This document shows positions 17,569 through 28,236 of a stretch of 35,468 nucleotides of DNA, piece after piece. Numbering within the stretch: the first letter of the stretch is position 1; every line of letters starts with the position of its first letter. The position numbers and the translations under genes were made by a program. Below the pieces are notes generated by a model. It searched no databases and was not told the DNA's origin. It was given only the letters and a program-made list of their open reading frames with translations. Origin of the DNA: an uncultured bacterium (GTDB lineage Bacteria; Eisenbacteria; RBG-16-71-46); NCBI GenBank assembly GCA_964359105.1, contig CAYHRW010000002.1, positions 3,627 through 39,094 on the forward strand, given 5' to 3'.

Positions 17569-20069
17569 CGCGCGTGCGGATGCGGCGCTCCTTCGCCGGG
17601 CTGCGGGTGCGCATGTTCGTGCTGCTCATGGCGGGCGCGACGTTCGCGGGCGTGGGCTTCGAGCTGCTGCTGATCACGGTCACGCGGCACTGGCAGTACC
17701 AGGAGCTGGACTTCCGCGCGCGCTCGCTGGCCCAGCTCATGGCCGAGCGCGCGGTGACGCCGCTGATGGTGGATGATCGCGCCGAGCTCCAGCGCGAGGC
17801 GCGCCGCACGGGCAGCGAGATCGACTTGATCGGCGCCGCCATCTACCCGCCGCACGGGCCTCCGCTCGAGAGCTGGGCCGCCGAGCCCGGTCTCTGGACC
17901 GAGCTGGGGCCGCTCGAGCCGGGACCGGCGCCGAACGCGCCCGCGGTGCGCACCCGGCGCGCGGCCGGGGGCGAAGTGCTCGACGTCGCGGTCCCCGTTC
18001 GGCGCGGCGCCCACCGCGCGAACGCGCTCACCAGCGAGGCCATCCAGCTGTTCGGTTTCCCCGACACGGTGGCGCCCCCGCCGGGCGGGACCCAGCTCGG
18101 CTGGGTGCGCATCGCCGTCTCGACGGACCGCGCGGCCCAGTCGGTGCGCACCGCGGCCAACCTCGGCATGCTGCTGCTGGTCGCCGTGCTCCTGCTCGGG
18201 CTGATCGCGGTCTCGAAGCTGGTGAGCGTGATCGTGAGGCCACTGCACGAGGCCAGCCACCTGGCGCGCGAGATCGCCTCGGGCCAGCTCGACCGCCGCC
18301 TCCCGGTGCGTTCCACCGACGAGCTCGGGGCGCTGGCCGCGTCCATGAACACCATGGCCGGAGCGCTCCACGAGGCGCGCCAGGCCGCCGAGGAGGAGGC
18401 GGATGCGCTGCGCGACGCGACCGCGGCGGTGGTGGCCATCGCGCGGGGCGCGCGCGCCGCCCACGACCCGCGCAGCGTGTTCGAGGTGGTGGCCGCCGAG
18501 GTGCGGCGCGTGACCGGCTGTGAGGGCGTAGGACTGGCGGTCTCGGACGCCGAGCAGCTCGCGCCACGCTTCACGTTCTTCCAGCCGCCGCCGCCGTGGG
18601 GCGGCCTCGCTGCCGGCACCGCGGTCGAACCCGAGCTGCTCCGCCCCGACGGATGCGGCGGCGGCACGCGCCGCTTCGACCTCGCCGCGCCGGCGGGTCC
18701 GCTGGCGCACGGTCTCGCCGGCGACGGCTTCCGCAGCGCGCTGCTCCTGGCGCTCCAGTTCCCCGGCGCGCCGCCGGCGCTGCTGGTGCTCGCCTCGCGC
18801 GACCCGGACGGTTTCCCGCCCGCCCAGGCCGACCTGGTGGCGGCGCTCGCCAGCCACCTGTCGTCGGCGCTGCACGCCGCGCTGCTCCAGGACCGCCTCG
18901 AGCGCGCCTTCGAGGAGCTGCAGCGCACCCACGAGTACCTGGTGCAGTCGGAGATGCTGCGCGTGGCCGGCGAGATGGCATCGGGCGTGGCCCACGAGTT
19001 CAACAACGTGCTCGGCGCGATCCTCGGGCGCGCACAGCTGCTCGCCCGCCGGCTCGAGGCCGGCACGCTGTCGGCGGAGGAGCTGAGCGCCTCGCTCGCG
19101 GTGATCGTGCAGGCGGCGCTGGACGGCGGCGAGACCGGGCGGCGGCTGCGCCAGTTCGGGCGCGGCACGCAGGACGCGGCCGAGGCGGTGGACCTCGACG
19201 CGGTCATCCGCGACGCCGTCGAGTTCACGCGCACGCGCTGGGAGAACGAGGCGCTGGCCGCCGGCCGCCGCATCGAGACCCGCGTGGACTCCACGGCCGG
19301 CGCGCTGGTCTCGGGCCGCGGCAACGAGCTGCGCGAGGTGTTCACGAACCTCATCCTCAACGCGGTGGACGCCATGCCCGACGGCGGCGCCATCCGCATC
19401 ACCGGCCGCATCGCGGACGGCCAGGCGCACGTCACGTTCGAGGACGACGGCGTCGGCATGGACGAGGAGACGCGGCGGCGGCTGTTCGAGCCCTTCTTCA
19501 CCACCAAGGGCGAGCGCGGCACCGGACTCGGGATGTCGGTGGTGTACGGCATCGTCCAGGCGCACGGCGGCTCGATCGCCGTGGAGAGCGCACCCGGGCA
19601 CGGGACCCGCTACCAGCTGGCGTTCCAGCTCACCGGGGCGGTCGCGCCGCGCCCCGCCCCGCGCGCCGCGCCGGCCGGGGAGGTGCCGCCGCTCGACGTG
19701 CTGGTGGTGGACGATGACGCCTCGGTGCGCGACGTGTTGCGCGACATCACGAGCGCGCTGGGGCACCGCGTCACCGCCTGCGCGTCGGGCGAGGAGGCGC
19801 TGGCCGCCCACCGGCCCGGACGCTTCCAGCTCGCGCTCACCGACCTCGGCATGCCCGGCATGACCGGCTGGGAGCTGGCGCGGCGGATGCGCGCGCTCGA
19901 TCCCGCGCTCGCCATCGTGTTCGTGACCGGGTGGGGCGAGGAGGTCGCCCCGGAGGCGGTGCGCGAGGCCGGCGCGGACCTGGTGGTGGCCAAGCCGTTC
20001 ACCATCGAGGACGTGATGCGCGCGGTGCGCTTCGCGGCGGAGCGGAACGGGCTGGCCGAGGCGGCGTGA
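17565..20069 (+). CDS. Hybrid sensor histidine kinase (TM - periplasmic loop - TM - HAMP - GAF-like - HisKA - HATPase_c - receiver), 834 aa
   Basis: ATG at 17565 overlaps the binding-protein stop (ATGA). Two TM helices flank a loop of about 150 aa. HAMP (VRPLHEASHLAREIASGQLDRRLPVRSTDELGALAASMNTM), H-box GVAHEFNNVLGAILG, N-box NLILNAVDAM, G-boxes DDGVGMD and GTGLGMSVV. The C-terminal receiver has DDD, LALTDLGMPGM, VFVTGW and VAKPF. Confidence 0.9.
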   Translation: MTRVRMRRSFAGLRVRMFVLLMAGATFAGVGFELLLITVTRHWQYQELDFRARSLAQLMAERAVTPLMVDDRAELQREARRTGSEIDLIGAAIYPPHGPPLESWAAEPGLWTELGPLEPGPAPNAPAVRTRRAAGGEVLDVAVPVRRGAHRANALTSEAIQLFGFPDTVAPPPGGTQLGWVRIAVSTDRAAQSVRTAANLGMLLLVAVLLLGLIAVSKLVSVIVRPLHEASHLAREIASGQLDRRLPVRSTDELGALAASMNTMAGALHEARQAAEEEADALRDATAAVVAIARGARAAHDPRSVFEVVAAEVRRVTGCEGVGLAVSDAEQLAPRFTFFQPPPPWGGLAAGTAVEPELLRPDGCGGGTRRFDLAAPAGPLAHGLAGDGFRSALLLALQFPGAPPALLVLASRDPDGFPPAQADLVAALASHLSSALHAALLQDRLERAFEELQRTHEYLVQSEMLRVAGEMASGVAHEFNNVLGAILGRAQLLARRLEAGTLSAEELSASLAVIVQAALDGGETGRRLRQFGRGTQDAAEAVDLDAVIRDAVEFTRTRWENEALAAGRRIETRVDSTAGALVSGRGNELREVFTNLILNAVDAMPDGGAIRITGRIADGQAHVTFEDDGVGMDEETRRRLFEPFFTTKGERGTGLGMSVVYGIVQAHGGSIAVESAPGHGTRYQLAFQLTGAVAPRPAPRAAPAGEVPPLDVLVVDDDASVRDVLRDITSALGHRVTACASGEEALAAHRPGRFQLALTDLGMPGMTGWELARRMRALDPALAIVFVTGWGEEVAPEAVREAGADLVVAKPFTIEDVMRAVRFAAERNGLAEAA

Positions 20070-20082
20070 CGGAGCCGGGACC

Positions 20083-20790
<708 letters not shown>

Positions 20791-20791
20791 G

Positions 20792-21585
<794 letters not shown>

Positions 21586-21589
<4 letters not shown>

Positions 21590-22578
21590 GCGGATGGCGC
21601 TCCCGCCCGCCGCCGGCGCCGCGTGAGCCACGCCAGCGACAGCTCGCGGTTCCCCAGCAGCCCCTGCGGGCGCGTGATCATGAGGACGATGAGCATGAAC
21701 GAGTAGAGCACCATGCGGTAGTCCTTGACCGGGCGCAGCACCTCGGGCAGCAGCGTGAGGACGACCGCGGCCAGCACCGCGCCCGAGACGCTGCCAAGCC
21801 CGCCCAGCACGACCATCGCGATCACCTCGATGCTCTTGAGGAAGGTGAAGGAGTTCGGGTTCAGGTACGAGAGGTAGTGCGCGAACAGCCCGCCCGCTAC
21901 GCCCGCGAAGAACGCGCCGAGCACGAACGCCAGGACCTTGTAGGACGTGGTGTCCACCCCCAGCGCCTCGGCCGCCACCTCGTCGTCGCGGATGGCGAAC
22001 AGCGCCCGGCCGTGCGTGCTCCTGGCCAGGTTCAGCGAAAGGAAAATCACCGCCGCCACGCCCAACCCCACCCAGAAGAAGTTCACCCAGCCCGGGATGC
22101 CGGGAAGCCCGCGCGAGGCTCCCACCGCGTCCACGTTCGTGATGATGACGCGGATGATCTCGCCGAAGCCGAGTGTGACGATCGCCAGGTAGTCGCCGCG
22201 CAGCCGCAGCGAGGGGAGCCCGACCAGGTAGCCGGCGAGCGCGGAGAGCAACCCGCCCAGCAGCAGCGCCAGGAGCAGCGCGAAGCCCTGCGCCACCACG
22301 CCCGGCACGTGGGCGGCCTCGAGCGCGGCGACCCAGCCCTGCCCGACGTGGAGCGAGAACATCGCCGAGCCGTAGGCGCCGAGCGCCATGAACCCCGCGT
22401 GTCCGATGGAGAACTGCCCGGTGAACCCGTTCACCAGGTTGAGCGACACCGCGAGGATCACGTTGATCCCGCACAGCACCACCATCTGGAACAGGTAGGG
22501 GTTCAGAAGCTGCGGCAGCGTCACGTTCAGCGCGACGAGCACGACCAGCACGCCGGCGAGCCACAGGGTGCGCCGCAT
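21586..22578 (-). CDS. livM: Branched-chain amino acid ABC transporter permease LivM-type
   Basis: 330 aa with an ATG start; polytopic. The motif GFTGQFSIGHAGFMALGAYG is typical of LivM. Confidence 0.88.
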
Positions 22579-22579
22579 C

Positions 22580-23590
22580 TCACACCTTCTCGGCCTGGGC
22601 CTTGCCCAGGATGCCGGCCGGTCGCACCAGCAGGATGACGATGAGCAGCACGAACGCGATGGCGTCCCGGTAGGTGGGCGAGACGTAGCCCACCACCAGC
22701 ACCTCGGCGACGCCCATGACGAGCCCGCCCAGCACCGCGCCCGGGATGTTCCCGATCCCGCCGAGCACCGCGGCCACGAACGCCTTGAGCCCCGGCATCA
22801 CGCCCATGTAGGGTTCGATCTTGGGATTCTGGAGCGCCACCAGCACGCCCGCCGCGGCGGCCAGCATCGAGCCCAGCACGAAGGTGAAGGTGATGATGCG
22901 GTCCACCGAGATGCCCATGAGCGAAGCCGCCATGTGGCTGTGCGAGACCGCCTGCATCGCCTTGCCCACGCGCGTCCGCGTCACGATGAAGCGCAGCGCG
23001 AACATCAGCAGGACGGACACGACCAGGATGATGACCTGCTGGTTCGAGATCGTGACCCCGCCGCCGAGCGCGATGTTCGAGGACGGGATGATCTGCGGGA
23101 AGAACTTGGGGTCGGGCCCGAACACCAGCACGCCGCCGTTCTCGAGCAGGAGCGACACGCCGATCGCGGTGATGAGCGCCGCGAGCCGCGAGGAGCCGCG
23201 CACCGGCTTGTACGCCCCGCGCTCGATGATGATCCCGACCAGCCCGCAGCCCACCATCGCGATGACCAGGACCAGCACCGCCTCGAGCGCGTTCGGCATC
23301 GAGCCGGCCGCGGACAGCGCCGCCGCCAGGCGCCCGACCCCGGGCCCGAGGACCGGCACGCCGTGGAGCGCGCGGTGCACGCCCTCGAGCCATTCGCCGG
23401 CCCGCGCCCCCGCCACGACGATGAGCCCGGGCGCGTAGAAGCCGAAGAACGCCCCCAGCATGTAGATGTCGCCGTGGGCGAAGTTGATGAGGCGCAGGAT
23501 GCCGTAGACCATCGTGTAGCCCAGCGCGATAAGGGCGTACACGCTGCCCCACGTCACCCCGTTGACGAGCTGCTGCAGGAACTCCGACAC
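22580..23590 (-). CDS. livH: Branched-chain amino acid ABC transporter permease LivH-type
   Basis: 336 aa with a GTG start. LQQLVNGVTWGSVYALIALGYTMVYGILRLINFAHGD and the C-terminal KAFVAAVLGGIGNIPGAVLGG align by eye with E. coli LivH. There is an extra loop of about 25 aa after TM2. Confidence 0.88.
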   Translation of the reverse strand: MSEFLQQLVNGVTWGSVYALIALGYTMVYGILRLINFAHGDIYMLGAFFGFYAPGLIVVAGARAGEWLEGVHRALHGVPVLGPGVGRLAAALSAAGSMPNALEAVLVLVIAMVGCGLVGIIIERGAYKPVRGSSRLAALITAIGVSLLLENGGVLVFGPDPKFFPQIIPSSNIALGGGVTISNQQVIILVVSVLLMFALRFIVTRTRVGKAMQAVSHSHMAASLMGISVDRIITFTFVLGSMLAAAAGVLVALQNPKIEPYMGVMPGLKAFVAAVLGGIGNIPGAVLGGLVMGVAEVLVVGYVSPTYRDAIAFVLLIVILLVRPAGILGKAQAEKV

Positions 23591-23617
23591 GCGACGGGCG
23601 GCTGGGCGGGCTGCCGG

Positions 23618-24826
23618 CTAGGGATGGATGGTGGTGTCGTAGACCTTCTTGCCGTCCTTGATCGCGAGCACGACGGCGGGCTTCGTGGCGTTGCGGTTCT
23701 CGTCCAGGGTGATGGTGCCGGTCACGCCCGCGAAGTTCGTCGTCGTCGCGATGATGTCGCGCAGCTTCTTGCCCGCAGTCCTGCGCGCCGCCGTGCCGGC
23801 CTTCGAGGAGGCCAGGCCCTTGAAGGTCTCGGGGTCCTGCTCCGCCAGCTTCTCGAGCGACTGGAACAGCACCTTCGCGGCGTCGTAAGCGAGCCCGCCG
23901 ATCGCGTCCGACTCCTTCCCGAACCTGGCCTTGTAGCTCTTCAGGAACTCCTGGAGCCGCGGGTCGGGGTTGTCGGTAGCGAAGTGGTTCGAGTAGTAGC
24001 AACCGTCGAGCGCCTCGCCGCCGATCTGCAGGAGCTGCTCGCTCTCCCAGCCGTCGCCGCCCAGGATCGGGGCCTTGATGCCCAGCTCGCGCGCCTGCCG
24101 CGCGATCAGGCCGACCTCGGTGTAGTAGCCCGGCACGAAGATGGCCTCGGGGCTCCTAGCCTTCATGTTCGTGAGTTGCGCCCGGAAGTCCTGGTCGCCC
24201 GCGCTGTAGGCCTGCTCGGTCACGATCGAGCCGCCCAGGTTCGTGAACGCCTCGGTGAAGAACTGCGCCAGCCCGACGCTGTAGTCGTTCTTGACGTCCT
24301 TGAGGATCGCCACGCGCTGGATGTGGAGGTTCTGCGCCGCGAAGCGCGCCATCACCGTGCCCTGGAAGGGGTCGATGAAGCACATGCGGAAGATGTAGTC
24401 GCCGACCTGGGTCACCCGGGGGTTGGTCGAGGAGGGCGAGATCATCGGCACTCCCGCCTCCTGGCAGATCGGCGCCGCCGCGAGGCTCCGCGACGAGGCG
24501 ACCTCGCCGATCACGGCGCACACCCGGTCCTGGTTGAGGAGCTTCTTCACGACCGTGGCGGCCTCCTCGGGACGGCCCTGGTCGTCCTCCGCGACCACGC
24601 GCACCTTGAGTCCACCGATCCTGCCCTCCCGCTGGGCCACCAGCTCGCCGAGGGCCAGCTCCACGCCCTGCTTGGTGGACTGCCCGAAGGTCGCGTCGTT
24701 GCCGGTGAGCGAGCCGTACTCCCCGATCACCAGCTCATCGGTGGCGGTCCCGGCGCAACCGAACGAGAGCACGGCCAGCGCAGCCACGCCCGCGAGGCCG
24801 AGGCGCAGACGAGTCGAAAGGGACAT
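23618..24826 (-). CDS. livK: Lipoprotein-type periplasmic amino-acid binding protein (Leu/Ile/Val-binding, Peripla_BP_6-like)
   Basis: Frame trimmed to the ATG at 24826 (MSLSTRLRLGLAGVAALAVLSFGC, lipobox LSFGC) with GAAGGAGAAG upstream. It has the general sequence character of type-I LivJ/LivK-family binding proteins and heads the livHMGF genes. Confidence 0.82.
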   Translation of the reverse strand: MSLSTRLRLGLAGVAALAVLSFGCAGTATDELVIGEYGSLTGNDATFGQSTKQGVELALGELVAQREGRIGGLKVRVVAEDDQGRPEEAATVVKKLLNQDRVCAVIGEVASSRSLAAAPICQEAGVPMISPSSTNPRVTQVGDYIFRMCFIDPFQGTVMARFAAQNLHIQRVAILKDVKNDYSVGLAQFFTEAFTNLGGSIVTEQAYSAGDQDFRAQLTNMKARSPEAIFVPGYYTEVGLIARQARELGIKAPILGGDGWESEQLLQIGGEALDGCYYSNHFATDNPDPRLQEFLKSYKARFGKESDAIGGLAYDAAKVLFQSLEKLAEQDPETFKGLASSKAGTAARRTAGKKLRDIIATTTNFAGVTGTITLDENRNATKPAVVLAIKDGKKVYDTTIHP

Positions 24827-25033
24827 GGGCTTCTCCTTCAGTTCGCCCCGCAGGGGTGGCGCGGACGGAGGCCGTGGTCCGCCCATGAGGGCCGTCTCGC
24901 CGGACCCGGGTGAGCCCCGGAGGCCATGCGTCAAGCAGGGAGAGGTAGCACGCACGCGCGCGCGGAGGCAAGGCAAATGATTCCCGCGGCTTGCGTTGCC
25001 GCCCCGCACGAGCGGGTGCTATCGTGCCGCGGC

Positions 25034-27424
25034 ATGAGCACTCCCTGCGCACGGACGCGCTCCTGCCGCGCCTGCGCTCGCCTCCTGCCGGCCGCGCTGC
25101 TGGTCGCGGCGCTTGCCGCGCTCGTGCTCGCCGGATGCGCGCGCCGGGCCGGCCCGCCGCCGCTCCCTCCGCCCCCGCCGCGCCCGGCCGCGGGCTACGA
25201 CCGTCTCGCCGACTCGCTCGCCGCCGTGGACGCGAGCGGGCTCGCGGGGCGGAGGATCGCGCTCGACCCCGGGCATGGCGGGTTCTTCCGCGGCGCGCTC
25301 GGCGTGCATGGCCTCACCGAGGCCGAGGTGAACCTGGGCGTCGCGTCGAGGCTCCGCGACCTGCTCGCGGCTCACGGCGCGCAGGTGCTCCTCACCCGCG
25401 ACCGCGACCGCGACTTCCTCACGCCCGCCGACAGCGCGCTGCGCGCCGACCTCGCCGAGCGCGTGCGGCTCGCGAACGCGTTCGAGCCCGACCTGTTCGT
25501 CTCCATCCACCACAACGCCGACCCGCGGGGCGCCCACGACGTCAACGAGACCCAGACCTACTACAGGCTCGGCGACGAGGGCCCTTCGCTCGACGCCGCG
25601 CAGGACGTGCACCGCGCGCTGGTGCACAACGTCGGCATCGTGGCGAACCAGGTGGTGCCGGGGAACTTCTTCGTCCTTCGCAGCAGCGAGGCGCCCGCGC
25701 TCCTCACCGAGACCAGCTACATCACCAACCCCGACGTCGAGGAACGGCTCAGGCTCCCCGAGAAGCAGCAGCTCGAGGCCGAGGCGCTGTTCATCGGGCT
25801 GGCGCGGTACTTCGCGCGGAAGGTGCCGGTGATCGAGGAGTTCGACGATGGCCACGCCGCGTCCGACACGGCGGCCCGGCTGGTGCCCGAGGCGCCCGAG
25901 TTGTGGGCGCGCGTGCGCGGGGCGTTCGACCTGGCCGAGCTGCGCGTGGACGGCCGGGTCGTGCCGATCCTGAGGATGGGCGACCGACTCACCTGGTGGC
26001 CGCGCGATGCCTATGCGCCCGGCGAGCATGCGGGCTCGCTGCGCGTGAGGCTCTCGGGGGTCGGCGCGGCGCGCGAGCGCACGTTCCGGTTCCGCATCCA
26101 GCGCGAGCCGGCGCGGCTCGCGCTCGAGAACTGGGATTCACCGGTGGTCCCGCCGGGGCCCGTCGCGATCCGGCTCCGCGTGCTGGACCGGCGGGGTGCC
26201 GCGCGCCCGGGCCCGGACACGCTGCTCCTGCACGTCCTTTCTCCCGGGGACGTCCCGGCCGAGACGACGGTGGTCACGCGCGCCGGTCTCGCCTGGGCTT
26301 ACTTCAGGCTCGCCCCGCGGGGGGCCAGCCCGTTCGGTCGCCCGGCGTTCAGGATGCGGGCCATGCTGCGCACGGGCTGGGGTGCCGTGCTGCGCGAGAG
26401 CCTGGCGGGCGCGCCTGCCGCGGCGGGCGGGCCGGCGGCGCGCCGGCTCTTCCTCACGCGGCTGCCGGAAGGCGTCCCGCTGGCCGGCGTGCCCACGGCG
26501 GAGACTCCGGCCGCGCCCTGGCTGAACCGGGACGGCTTCGCCGTCATCCCCCTGCCGCACGACACCCGCGAGCGCACCGCGAGCCTCCCCGGCTTCCGGC
26601 CGCTGCCCGACCCGACGGAGGGCGGCTGGCCCGCGCGCTGGACCGCCCTCCTCGGCGGCGCGCTCCACGGCCGGCGCATCGTGCTCGACCCGGAAGGCGG
26701 TGGCGGCGACGCGGCCGGCCAGGGCCCGAGCGGCACGCGCGCATCCTTCCTCAACCTGGAGTGCGCGCGCATCCTTGCCGGCTTCCTCACCGCGGCTGGC
26801 GCCGAGGTGAAGCTCACGCGCGACGGCGATCTGGCGCTGTCCGAGGTCGAGCGCGTGCAGGTGAGCGAGGCGTTCCACGCCGAGCGCTTCGTGCGCATCG
26901 CCCACCGCGCCGCGCCGCCGCGCATCGGCCACTACTTCGCCAGCGCCGCGGGCAGGCTGTGGGCCGAACGCACGGCCAGCGAGCTCGCGGCGCTCCGGCT
27001 CCCTGCTCCGCCCGCGGCCGAGGACGCCGGGTTCGTGGTGGGGCAGACCTCCTGCCCCTCGCTCTCCGTCTCACCGGCGCGGGTGGACGACGCGGCGGGC
27101 GAGACGCAGCTGCTCGCGCCGGGGACGCTGCGCGCCGAGGCCTACGCGCTCTTCCTCGCGCTCGCGCGCGAGTGGGCGCCGGGGGCGGACTGGCCGCGCG
27201 ATTCGCTCGAGCTGCGCGACGCCGACGGTCTTCCGGTCGCCGGCGCGCCGGTGACGCTCGGCGGCGCGCTGGTGCTCGAGACCGACGCGCTCGGCCGCGT
27301 TCGGTTCGCGCGCCCCGCGCCCCGCACGATCGCGGTGGAGGCGGAGGCCCCCCGGGTCAGGGCACGCGCGGTTCTGCTAGATTCCCAGCGGGCCATCGTG
27401 CTGACCGGGGTTCGCGGCCGGTAG
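25034..27424 (+). CDS. Lipoprotein N-acetylmuramoyl-L-alanine amidase (Amidase_3) with a second, degenerate Amidase_3-like domain, 796 aa
   Basis: ATG at 25034; lipobox LVLAGC. Domain 1 (about 25250..25830) has IALDPGHGG, TEAEVNL, FVSIHHNA and LTETSYITNP. Domain 2 (about 26672..27100) repeats the scaffold (IVLDPEGGGG ... FLNLECA ... FVRIAHRA) but lacks two of the three zinc ligands. Confidence 0.8.
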   Translation: MSTPCARTRSCRACARLLPAALLVAALAALVLAGCARRAGPPPLPPPPPRPAAGYDRLADSLAAVDASGLAGRRIALDPGHGGFFRGALGVHGLTEAEVNLGVASRLRDLLAAHGAQVLLTRDRDRDFLTPADSALRADLAERVRLANAFEPDLFVSIHHNADPRGAHDVNETQTYYRLGDEGPSLDAAQDVHRALVHNVGIVANQVVPGNFFVLRSSEAPALLTETSYITNPDVEERLRLPEKQQLEAEALFIGLARYFARKVPVIEEFDDGHAASDTAARLVPEAPELWARVRGAFDLAELRVDGRVVPILRMGDRLTWWPRDAYAPGEHAGSLRVRLSGVGAARERTFRFRIQREPARLALENWDSPVVPPGPVAIRLRVLDRRGAARPGPDTLLLHVLSPGDVPAETTVVTRAGLAWAYFRLAPRGASPFGRPAFRMRAMLRTGWGAVLRESLAGAPAAAGGPAARRLFLTRLPEGVPLAGVPTAETPAAPWLNRDGFAVIPLPHDTRERTASLPGFRPLPDPTEGGWPARWTALLGGALHGRRIVLDPEGGGGDAAGQGPSGTRASFLNLECARILAGFLTAAGAEVKLTRDGDLALSEVERVQVSEAFHAERFVRIAHRAAPPRIGHYFASAAGRLWAERTASELAALRLPAPPAAEDAGFVVGQTSCPSLSVSPARVDDAAGETQLLAPGTLRAEAYALFLALAREWAPGADWPRDSLELRDADGLPVAGAPVTLGGALVLETDALGRVRFARPAPRTIAVEAEAPRVRARAVLLDSQRAIVLTGVRGR

Positions 27425-27453
27425 TCCCCTGCGGCTGCCTCGGGGGCGCACCC

Positions 27454-28161
27454 ATGCCACACGGCACCCAGGAGTACTACCTCGAGCGCGCCCGCTTCGT
27501 GCGGCGCGTCTCGCTGATCACGTTCGGTGTGAGCGTGGTGTTCCTCGCGCTCCAGCTGGCCCTGCTCCTCCCCGCCGTGCGTGCGCCGCTCGGCCGGGCG
27601 CTGCGCTCCGGACCGCTGCACCCGAAGCGCTTCGGCTTCGAAGGCCCGGAGCAGTACGTCCGGCGCATCATCCTCGAGGCGAGCGGCCCGGCGAGCCGGA
27701 ACCCGGGGCGCACCACGATCACCTTGCTCTCCCGGCAGGCCACCAAGGGCGGGCGCAAGCAGGCGAAGCCCTCGAGCGACCCGCACGCCCGGCCCGACGC
27801 GCGCCGGATCCGCACCGGCGAAGGCGAGTCGACGGAGGACCTGCTCGCGCGGGCGCGCGTCCTCTATGGCGGCAGCGCGCCGGTCATGCAATCCGAGGAC
27901 CTGATCATCGAGCGCCTGGTCCGCCCGGTCTACCCCGAGGACGCGCGCGACCAGGGGATCGAGGGTCGCATCGCGCTGGTGGCCCGGGTGGACACGACCG
28001 GCACCGTCGTGCAGGTGGACCTGATGTCGAGCGGCGGCCAGCGCCCGCTCGAGCAGGCAGCCACGACGGCGGTCTGGCAGTGCCGCTTCCGGCCCTACCG
28101 CGTGGCCGGGAAGGCGGAAGAGGTCTACGCGGTCTTCCGCTTCAACTTCCGCATCTACTGA
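27454..28161 (+). CDS. TonB-family energy transducer-like protein (N-terminal TM anchor + TonB C-terminal domain), 235 aa
   Basis: Frame 24991..28161 trimmed to the ATG at 27454 (MPHGTQEYYLERARFVRRVSLITFGVSVVFLALQLALLL). The C-terminal VRPVYPEDARDQGIEGRIALVARVDTTGTV...AVWQCRFRP is TonB_C-like. Starts 29 nt after the amidase stop. Confidence 0.75.
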   Translation: MPHGTQEYYLERARFVRRVSLITFGVSVVFLALQLALLLPAVRAPLGRALRSGPLHPKRFGFEGPEQYVRRIILEASGPASRNPGRTTITLLSRQATKGGRKQAKPSSDPHARPDARRIRTGEGESTEDLLARARVLYGGSAPVMQSEDLIIERLVRPVYPEDARDQGIEGRIALVARVDTTGTVVQVDLMSSGGQRPLEQAATTAVWQCRFRPYRVAGKAEEVYAVFRFNFRIY

Positions 28162-28236
28162 GTCCGACCTCCGGATGGAACGGGCGACCGGCCTTCCGGC
28201 CCGCCGCCCGCGCGCTTCGAAGCCATCCGCCCCCGG

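Noticed and set aside
22580-23590. An insertion of about 25 aa after TM2 of LivH, and a Cys cluster (SRCCRDNVC) in LivG.
   Set aside because: These are probably ordinary lineage-specific loop variation, with no independent signal of functional novelty.
25011-25036. Possible leaderless transcript for the amidase: a TATCGT -10-like hexamer ends 9 nt before the ATG, and there is no Shine-Dalgarno.
   Set aside because: The -35 and -10 matches are weak and unverifiable by eye, which is too speculative for a feature. Transcription start mapping would be needed.
28162-28236. Bidirectional terminator between the convergent TonB-C and DUF151 genes (CGGATGG ... CCATCCG long-range pairing and a GGCC-TTCC-GGCC hairpin).
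   Set aside because: The local stem is only 4 bp, the long-range stem encloses about 50 nt, and there is no U tract on either strand. That is not enough to call a terminator.
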